From contig OZ024760.1 of NCBI GenBank assembly GCA_964016885.1, positions 13,268,001 to 13,332,000 on the forward strand: a DNA stretch of 64,000 nt, written 5' to 3'. Position 1 is the stretch's first letter, and each line of letters starts with the position of its first letter. The DNA comes from Eledone cirrhosa (lineage: Eukaryota). The position numbers and the translations under genes were made by a program. A model generated the notes under the pieces. The model saw only the letters and a list, made by a program, of their open reading frames with translations, had not been told where the DNA came from and searched no databases. This document shows positions 54,728 to 64,000 of the stretch, piece after piece.

Positions 54728-56476
54728 ACCTTTTATTTTGATATCAATCTCTATGCAGCACCTCTGACATCAATTTTTTGTGACATTTTCCACTTGATTA
54801 TTTAAAAAACATCAACCCCAGACCAGTGACCCACCCTGACATTGTCTAAATTCCTGAAAGGTCAGTTTGCCTTTTGTGCTACATAATGGGGAAGAGCCTG
54901 TGAAATCAATGGAACAACCAAATGACATCTGCTAAAGACATCAAAAGTCCAGGATGGTTCTTTTGATCCTGGTAGTGTGTGTGTACATTTGTGTGTGCAT
55001 GTGTGTTCCCAAAGCAACACTGCCAAGATTGAAACTGTTTGACATTCAAACAGAACAGAATGTGTTCATAGTTTATAAGTCATCTGTTGTTGTTTGAGTC
55101 TGTTTCTGGGTGTTTGGAAATATGGATTGGTGAATGGAATCCTAGAGGAATAATTAACCCTATTGAGAGAGAGTGGGAGAATGAGGGGGTAGGGGCTAGA
55201 GAGAAATATAGGAGGGGAGAGAGATAGGTGGGGAGGGTAAGTAGATGATGGAAAGAGAGGGTGGTGATGGTGAGAGGAACTGATAGAAAGAGACAGAGAA
55301 TGAGAGAAGGGAAAGATAGGGAGAGAGATGGGTGTGGCAGATGGAGAGAGAGAGGGGGATGGGTGTGGTAGATGAAGAGAGAAAGGGGGAAATAGGCAGG
55401 GTGATAAAGGGAAGATGGGGGGGGGGGTAAACAAAAGAAAGTGAACTGGAGAGAGGGGGGGGGGTAATAACAGGCTGGGAGAAAAAAGAGAGGGAGGCAG
55501 ATGAAGAGAGAGGAAGGTGGGAGGGGGAGTAAGAAGGTGGGGGGAAGAGAGGAAGTAAGAAGGTGGGAGTGAGAGAGTGAGGGGGAGTAAGAAGGGGAGA
55601 GAGGGGTAAGTGGGAGGGTGGGGGAGAGAGGAAGTAGGAAGGTGGGAGGGAGGGTAAAAATTATAAATAAAATAAATTATTTAAATAATTTAAAAAAACA
55701 AAACAAAACAAAATAGAACAAAAACATGACATTACTCAGATGTATGTGTATATATATATATATGTATGTGTATATATATGTGTGTGTATATATATATATG
55801 TGTGTGTATATATATATAAGTATGTGTATATATATATATATATGTTTGCGTGTGTATATATATATATGTATGTGTATATATATGTGTGTGCGTGTGTATA
55901 TATATATATATATGTATGTGTATATACACTCCAGCAACATCTTAACAGCCTTTCATGTATTTAACACATTAAATGCCTTTGTTTGGCCTAAATATGTAAA
56001 TGTCTGCCTTCCTTGACACTTAGGCAGAGTAGAAGCATCAGCAGTTTAAAATATAACGGTTAGTTTATATATATGTGTGTGTGTAAAATTATAATATATA
56101 TATATACATACTTATACACATATATATACATATAGTATTACACACACAGACATATATATACATACACACCCACACATCTATTTCTCTCTAAATTTATACA
56201 CACACATTTTATTATTTATATATTGTGTTACACACACATATATATATATATTGTGTTACACATACACACATATATATATTGTGTTACACACACGTATATA
56301 GTATGTTACACACACACACACGTATATATATATAGTGTTACTGCTGTCATAGAACAGAAGGCTGGGTGTGTTTGAAGCTAACTTAACAAATATCAGAGTC
56401 TCTCTCACTCTCTCAATATATATACTACATATATATATATATATAATATATAATATAAATTATACCTATAATAACC

Positions 56477-56552
56477 ATGGAGAAATTTCTTGGAAAATGG
56501 GTGGAAGTCAAACAAAATGTGGATGACCAACGCAAATTTATAGAAAGCATGG
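56477..56552 (+). CDS. Fatty acid-binding protein / iLBP family, exon 1 of 4
   Basis: ACCATGG Kozak; MEKFLGKWVEVKQNVDDQRKFIESMG with the F-x-G-x-W motif; phase-1 donor inside Gly as in canonical FABP genes. Confidence 0.88.
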
Positions 56553-57211
56553 GTATTGTGTCACTTTTATTTATTTTTCATCTTACTTTCTGATTTGTGT
56601 ATTTGAAGTTGTTTCTGTTTAGCTCTCTCTCTCTTATATATATATATATATATATACATCATCATCATCGATAGACGTTAAACGATGATGATGATGATGA
56701 TGTGTATATATATATATATATATATTTAGATTCATATATATATATACACGTGTACATACATTTATATATATATATATAGTTCAAGGAAACAACAAAACAG
56801 AGGTAAAAAACATCTTATTAGTTTCACGCTTTATGTGGTAAGAAGGGAAAGAAAGTACATGTCAGGCTTTAGCTCCTCTTCAGGGGTACAATATATATAT
56901 ATATAGGGAATCATTCTATCATTACCATAACAGAAGTGTGATAAGCTTTTGATTCCAGAGTCGGGCCAGATCGATACCAGATTGAACCTTGAGCTGATCA
57001 ATCACGAAATGCGCATCACACCTCAATAAATGTAATGAAAATTTAACACCTCGTCCATATCATTATATATACATCCTCATCATCATCGTTTAATGTCTAT
57101 CTTCCATGCTAGCAACCAAGTCAGTTCCAGACATCTGCGATCATATAAATATATATATATGGGGAAAGTGGACGTTAAACAACGATGATGATGATGATAT
57201 ATATATATATA

Positions 57212-57310
57212 CAGGGTCTGCCAAAAAATGTATATACACTTCAACAGCATTCTAATAAATATTACCTGTACAGATATTCAAAGTGTGTATAAAAATTTTG
57301 GGACACCATG
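57212..57310. mobile_element. ~100-bp Tc1/mariner-type MITE in FABP intron 1
   Basis: TA|CAGGGTCTGCC...GGGACACCATG|TA; internal match to 48926. Confidence 0.7.
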
Positions 57311-57789
57311 TATATATATATATAGGCGGCCTTGAAGTACGACATACTGGTTTCACTTTTCCTATGAAAGTATTTTTCATTTTCTATCTGTAATTCATTA
57401 ATTTTGTTGTTGTAGTTGTTGGTGTTTCTCCAGTCCACCCTGTAAGGTAGTGTTGGTGCCACAACAAAAAACACCCAGTCCACTCTGTAATGTGGCTGAC
57501 ATTAGGAAGGGCAACATAATTTTATATAAGAACATTTCGTCATGTTATAAATTCCATCTTAATGAAATTGAAATTGAGTAAATGCTTCATAAATATTTCT
57601 TCAGAAATACGGAAATGAAAGGATTTGTAGCAAACAGCTGAAAAATATTAGATAAGCACACCTTTTTTATAAGAAATGTCATCATATAATGTTGACTTCT
57701 CAAAATCTTGTGAGCGATTCTGAAAAAAATTATGTATCAGTTCTCAAAATGAAAACGTGGTCTGAAATGAGTGTGTGTGTGTGTGTGTG

Positions 57790-57844
<55 letters not shown>

Positions 57845-57845
57845 G

Positions 57846-57879
<34 letters not shown>

Positions 57880-57882
<3 letters not shown>

Positions 57883-58215
57883 AGGCACATGGCTTAGTGG
57901 TTAGAGCATTGGCCTTGCAATCGAAAGGTTGTGAATTCAATTTTCAGACCGGGTGATGTGTTGTTTCCTTGAGCAAGACACTTTATTTCACATTGCTCCA
58001 GTTTACTCAGCTGTAGAAATGAGATGATAGGGACCTCAGTCCCTATCATTCCACTGTAAAGTGGACGTGTAGGTGCCACGGGAAAAAAGCACCCACCACT
58101 CACTGTAAATGAGGTTGGTGTTAGGAAGGGCATCCAGCTGTAGAAATCAAGCCAGAATCAGTTCCTGTCCCACCCTTGCAGGGAAAAGCGGACGTAAAAT
58201 GATGATGATGATGAT
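57880..58215 (+). mobile_element. Full-length SINE family B with RTE-like tail
   Basis: tRNA head GGCTTAGTGG, core CCTTGAGCAAGACACTTTA, tail TTAGGAAGGGCATCCAGCTGTAGAAA...GGACGTAAAA(TGA)n. Confidence 0.8.
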
Positions 58216-58396
58216 ATATATATATATATATGCATATAATAGTAATAATAAACACAAAGACGACTTGATAAGAGTTGTATATAAATATATATAAGAATAT
58301 GTAGAGCAAATATATATATATATATATATACACACATATGTGTGTGTGTTGTTGTTGTGTTTCCTTTATGTGCAATTTCCTTACCATGTTTTACAG

Positions 58397-58578
58397 GGGT
58401 TCCAAAAGAAACTGCAGAGAAAATGGTGACCAATACAGGTTTTATAGATACTGTACAGACCGGTGAATTGTTTCAAGTGACCACAGGTTTTGTAGAAGAT
58501 AGCAGTTTAAACAGAACTTATCGTTTCAAGCTGAATGAAACTTTCAGTGACAAAGATAACTTTGGACAACAATTTACA
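58397..58578 (+). CDS. FABP/iLBP family, exon 2
   Basis: GVPKETAEKMV...YRFKLNETFSDKDNFGQQFT (FKLxExF motif); CAG / GTTAGT. Confidence 0.9.
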
Positions 58579-59062
58579 GTTAGTTGATTTCCTTTTTAAA
58601 ACTTTTCTGTTTTTTTACTTTACCCTGTCAGGTTTTTAGTAGTTTGGAAATCAGAGATTCACTTCAGATAGAGCTGCTACTTCTCCGAATTGAGAGCTCC
58701 ACTATGGACATGTGGTTAGAATGGTGTTCCTCCGAAAGGTCTTTGAAGTAACGTTACTTGATAGAGTGCATACCTCAGAGATCAGGGAGTCAATCCAGGT
58801 AGAGCCACTACTTCTCCAAATTGAGAGATCACAGCGCTGATGCTATGGACATGTGGTTAAAATATCTCAGGAAAGAATTGCTGAACAGATTTGTAGCTCA
58901 GAGTTCAGAAAGTCACTTCAGATGTGTATGCATGTATATATATATAATATATATAATATGTGTATGTATGTGTGTGTTTATATAAATAAATTTAAAAAAA
59001 AAATATATATATATATATATTGATAATAATAAAGATAATAACAATGTGTTGTACTTTTCTAG

Positions 59063-59167
59063 TTGGTTTGTAAAGTTGAGGGTAATAAATGGTTCGACAC
59101 TTGTACCAACTACTATGACCAAACAATTGAAAGTGTTCGTGAAGTTGTCGGAGATACATTGATTGTG
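59063..59167 (+). CDS. FABP/iLBP family, exon 3
   Basis: LVCKVEGNKWFDTCTNYYDQTIESVREVVGDTLIV; TAG / GTACGT. Confidence 0.9.
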
Positions 59168-59613
59168 GTACGTATTTATATATTGAATATTTTAATACAA
59201 GTAATTTCATTCTGTATTCCTTTACTGGTTTCAGTCACTGAGCTGTTGCCATGCTGGGGCACTGCCATAATTTGTTTTTTTGTTTTTACTCTCTCTCTCT
59301 GAGATCAACCCCAATATTTATTTTCTTCAAGGCATTGGATTGTCAGATAGAATACTTTACAGTATCCTTTTCAACTCTCTTCTCTCTGAGTTCAAATCTC
59401 GTCGAGGTCAACTTTGCCTTTCATTCATTCGTGATTGATAAAAAAAGTACCAGTCTAATACTGAGGTTGATTCTTCCTCTATATTTCTTTCTCATTTCCT
59501 CTCTCTCACTCTCTCTATCCTTCATGCTATATTAGGAAGAGCATCAAGCTATAGAAACCTAACTAGAAACAGTTATCTAAATTTAAATTTTAATTATTTT
59601 CTATCTTTTGCAG

Positions 59614-59664
59614 ACATCAACTTCCAAAGGAAACAGTTTGGTTTCAAAATTTAAAAAAGAATGA
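59614..59664 (+). CDS. FABP/iLBP family, exon 4 (terminal); total 137 aa
   Basis: TSTSKGNSLVSKFKKE*; AATAAA at 59828-59833. Confidence 0.85.
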   Translation, partial: TSTSKGNSLVSKFKKE

Positions 59665-60930
59665 AGGAGATTAATGGAAAAAAATGGAAAATCCAATTGT
59701 AAAACATCACCACAACAACAACAACAACAACAATAATAATAATAACTATAAAAATAATAATGATAATAATAATAATGGTAATAATAATATAAATTTGTAC
59801 GTGTAATATCAGCATCAAGCTGTTTTGAATAAAGGAAAGAATTTAATTGTGAATCATGTTTGTTTTTTTGTTATTTAAAAACAATTTTTTTTTCTTGTTT
59901 GTTTGTTGAGTAAACCATCATCACCACCACCACAACCACACAAGACATTAATTACCATATATACTTGAATATAAGCTGCCCTACTATTATATACTTGAAT
60001 ATAAGTTGCCCCACTATTTTATACTTGAATATAAGTTTACCCAGTATTTTATGTCTGAGGAATCTAAACCTTATTTATGTAGAATTTGGTGGTGGTGGTG
60101 GTAGTAGAGGTGGCAACCTTTTCTTAACTGGGTTGTGTTGTTACCATTGACCACAATATACACACATACATCAATATACCTAACCCATGCTAGCGTGGAA
60201 AGTGGACATTAAACGAAGATGATGATGATGATGATGATACAGATACATGTATACACACATCAATATACAAACATCTATATATATACACACATCAATATTT
60301 ACATCTCTATATACATACATCTATATACACATGTCAATATATACACATGTCAATATATACAGATCTATATATACACACATATCAATAAAAAGCACAAAAT
60401 AATCAATGGAGGTAAAATGTTATCTTTCTGCATTGCTTTCTCTTCATGATGAAACGGGGACAAGCCAAAGCTGAAGCATATAGACAATATGCCCCCCTCC
60501 CACTGCAAAGTGGACGTGTAGGCGCCACGAAAAAAAAGGTCCCAGCACTCACTGTAAATGAGGTTGGTGTTAGGAAGGGCATCCAGCTGTAGAAATCAAG
60601 CCAGAATCAGTTTCCGTATGAGCAAGGCAAGGTCAGTCGACCGGACACTGCCCACAACAGGACAACCCGTCTAACCCATGCCAGCGTGGAAGAACGGAGG
60701 TAAAACGGTGATGATGATGATATATATATATAACATATATATTGATGATGATGATCATCATCAACGTTTAACAACCACTTTCTATGCTAGCATGGGTTAG
60801 ACAGGTTGTCCCATTTGAGGCAAGTTGGATCAGGGGACTGTGTCTTGCTCATACAGAACTGTGTTTATGGCTAGATTTCTACAGCTGGATGCCCTTCCTA
60901 ACGTTAACCACATTTACAGTGGAAATATAT

Positions 60931-60962
<32 letters not shown>

Positions 60963-61284
60963 GTGTGTATATATGTATACATATATGTATGTATATGTGT
61001 ATATATGATGATATATACACATATATATAATTATGAAGGGTAAAAACAAGTCATACTAACATAACCTGTCTGGTGATTTTTAACACAATAATTTTATTAA
61101 TTCAATAATGTCATTGTTGTCTGTCTGAAACAACTGGTAACATGTTTTAATATTTTAATATTTATACCAAACTGCAGTGGATATATATATATATATATCA
61201 TCATATATACACATATACATACATATATGTATACATATATACACATATATATATATATATACATACACACATGCATATATATAA

Positions 61285-61449
61285 TTGTTTCTACTTTTGG
61301 CACAAGGCCAGCAATTACCCAGTACATTACTGGTACTTTATTTTATCGACCCCGTAAGGATGAAAGGCAAAGTTAACCTCGGCGGGATTTGAACACAGAC
61401 CGTAATGCATGGCGTCCGACTCTCTACTGATACTGCCAATCCACCGCCC
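61285..61449 (-). mobile_element. Full-length SINE family A
   Basis: tRNA-like head GGCGGTGGATTGGCAG...GTTCAAATCCCGCC then core CTTTGCCTTTCATCCTTACGGGGTCGATAAAATAAAGTACCAG. Confidence 0.85.
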
Positions 61450-61819
61450 TATATGCATATATATAATGATAATGAGATAGAGAGAGAGAAATAGGGAGCA
61501 ACAATGGAATAATAGGAAGGTAATAAATGCAAGGGAGGGAAGGGTTGTGTATGTGTGCAGGGGCGTGGGTGGTTAATTATTTGTAAAAACTCGTTACTCG
61601 TTATATAAAAATATATAACAAGTCTATTTGAAGAGACAGTGTATAGAAAATATGTCGAGCGTGACAGCACTTGTCATAAGATGACAAATACGAAGTTCAA
61701 TGATAGAATATGGTTGATTGTTTAGAAACCAGACACTTCTTCAATAGTTTGATTATCTATATCTGATCAGGAACATAGAATATTTTATGCTATTGATTTT
61801 CGTTAACTGCTGGATTGGA

Positions 61820-62022
61820 TTTCTATGAGAATGGATCTCCATCACTTGTAACGATGAGCGACACTTCTATGTGAATGGATCTCCATCGCTTGCAACGATG
61901 AGCGAGACTTCTATGGGAATGGATCTCCATCACTGTCAATGATGAGCGAGACTTCTATGGGAATGGATCTCCATCACTTGCAATGATGAGCGAGATATTT
62001 ATGCGAATGGATCTCTGTCACT
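61820..62022. repeat. ~44-bp minisatellite (4-5 copies)
   Basis: GAATGGATCTCCATCACTTGCAACGATGAGCGAGACTTCTATG. Confidence 0.9.
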
Positions 62023-63330
62023 TTTAACGTTTTCTATTTTAGGCACAAGGCCAGCAATATTGGGGTAGGGGAAAGTTGATTAGATCAACCCCAGTGCATG
62101 ACTGGTACTTTATTTTATCGACCCCGTAAGGATAAAAGGCAAAGCTAACCTCAATGGGATTTGAACTCAGAACATCAAGGGTTGTAAATTATTTGCCATA
62201 AAGTATGTTGTCCGATGCTCTACTGATTACTGTGAAACCGCATAGGAGGTTAGTGAAAGATTTTCTCAGTTTTGACGATGTGTTCCAAATGTTTGATCAA
62301 TGGATCAGACTGCTCAAGAAATTAACATCTAAGTGGCCAAGCATCCCACAGACGTGTGAGTGTGAGCCCTTAATGTATTTCTCAGGGAAATAGAGTGTAA
62401 CACAGTGTGTGACAAAGCCGGCCCTTCTCTGAATTATAAGCGCAGTCCATCTGATGGGCTCCCCAAAAAGGTTTCTGTGAACCCAACTTCACTCACAAGG
62501 CATGGGAGTGACCAGTAACTAGGAGCTTAACAACACTTGCCCAAGATACCACACAGGGAGATTGAACCCAGGACTCCTTCACCATTCAGCCATGTGTGAT
62601 CTACAGCTTTCTCTTCAACTTATTAAATGTTGCCTCATTATCACAACATTTCAATTGTTTAGTGAGAGAACTGGGTAACATGTTTGCAAATTCTTAAATA
62701 AACAGTAATTAATTGGTGATTAAAATTAATTGGCAACAAAACGCTAATTTTAATATTGATTAATAATGGAAGAGTAACGACTAATTAGGAAAATATGCAA
62801 ATTAATAGATAATTATTGTGAGAAGCAACTAAATGGGTCTGGGGTGAGATGGGTTCAGTGCGAGTGTACTTGGTGTGTTTATCGCATAGAATACCAACAG
62901 TAGGTTATCGTGCCCCTGATATAACTAAAGAGCCCTCTCAACCCCTTTGGCATGGTTTCTACAGCCGGATGCCCTTCCTATCACCAGTCATCTTACAGGG
63001 TGTACTGGGTACATTTATGATAACTCTAGCAACTAGAGTGGTCATTGTCATTGACTCAACTGAAGATCTCTCTCTATGGACAGAGGTGGAGTGTATGTCA
63101 TGGGCAGGTGCCAAATGGAGAGTGTGAGGGGTGAGATTAGTCCAGCCCATGCTAGCAGGGAGAACAGACATTTAATGATATTGGTGATGATGATGATGAT
63201 GATAAGGAGGAATTCCTTCTAGGTTTCACCAAAGTCAGAAAATGATTCCAATATAAGCAACTAAATAAAAAAAGACTTTATTAAATCTTATATACAAACT
63301 GATATTTTCATATTTGGGCATAATTTATAT

Positions 63331-63433
63331 TTAGACACGTCTTATAAGTTTTTTCTTTCCTGTTCGTCGATATTCTGTACGATCCTGAAGATATTCCTGT
63401 GTACATCTTTCAATAAAATCTTCCTTCTTGTAC
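63331..63433 (-). CDS. CMC1: COX assembly mitochondrial protein CMC1, terminal exon
   Basis: YKKEDFIERCTQEYLQDRTEYRRTGKKKLIRRV* resembles the CMC1 C-terminus (ECKMEYLKEREEFRKTG); AATAAA on the minus strand at 63282-63277. Confidence 0.9.
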
Positions 63434-63793
63434 CTAAAACATATTTAAATATTTTGCCAGTTACTCAGAGAAAGAAAAGCAAAAGAAATAGATGATTCTT
63501 CACTCATTCAAACAGGAATGGTTATTAGAAATTAAGTCTTAATGTCCTGTACCACATTAGCAAGACATTCTTGAAAAGTACATCACCATAACTGAATTAA
63601 TTATATTAGAAATTAATTCTTCCTGACCCAATAAATATAGAAATATGAATTACCCAAAATCAAGGTCCCCATATGCATTGTTGTAGCCTTCAGATAAAAT
63701 ACATTTCCTACATTTTTAAGGATGCTTCAAGCAAACTACAACACCACTCTTAAAAACAAATAAATATATATATATACACATATAGTCACTCAC

Positions 63794-63884
63794 ATTTCTG
63801 ATAGGCAGGTATGAAGCAGGGTTGCTTTGTCTCTACACCGAAACGTTAGAAGTAAGCCAGCTTCCTTTGCACAGTTACCAAAAT
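63794..63884 (-). CDS. CMC1: CMC1, penultimate exon (gene continues beyond the window)
   Basis: FGNCAKEAGLLLTFRCRDKATLLHTCLSEM with a Cx9C motif; CAG / GTGAGT; phase matches the terminal exon. Confidence 0.9.
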
Positions 63885-64000
63885 CTGAAATATAATTGTT
63901 GTATATATATACAAATATGTATGTATATGCATGTCTGCGTTTGTATGTATGTTACAACCCTTTGTTGGTTTTGTGCCAAATCTAGAAACAATTAATTATA

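Noticed and set aside
55140-55660. Purine-rich tract upstream of FABP (possible G4 or H-DNA)
   Set aside because: Low-complexity GA-rich tract; nothing specific supports a function
57880-57955. tRNA gene candidates (also ~13690, ~47140, ~61380)
   Set aside because: A/B boxes run into SINE cores and no complete cloverleaf forms; these are SINE heads

Overview
Eukaryotic, very AT-rich and repeat-dense genomic DNA. The SINE/LINE complement and huge (TA)n tracts suggest an octopod cephalopod; this is an inference, not a database result. Nearly all ORFs in the supplied track are microsatellite artefacts. Manual splicing recovers five intron-containing genes with GT-AG sites and consistent phases: a Josephin deubiquitinase (+, 11277-13405, 263 aa, ending in a CaaX box), an 8-exon ankyrin-repeat protein with an N-myristoylation motif (-, 26638-18837, 394 aa), mitochondrial fission factor MFF/Tango11 (-, about 47254-41628, about 212 aa), a 4-exon FABP/iLBP-family gene (+, 56477-59664, 137 aa) and the last two exons of CMC1 (-, 63884-63331). 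Mobile DNA includes two tRNA-derived SINE families, RTE, CR1 and CRE-like LINE fragments, hAT and Tc1/mariner MITEs, a non-autonomous Helitron and many minisatellites. The most notable unannotated signal is a set of type I hammerhead ribozyme motifs: four with intact catalytic cores (1723, 3459, 32431, 35340) and several decayed copies. They have palindromic helix III and are associated with fold-back elements, consistent with Penelope-like retroelement termini. All structures were folded by eye.
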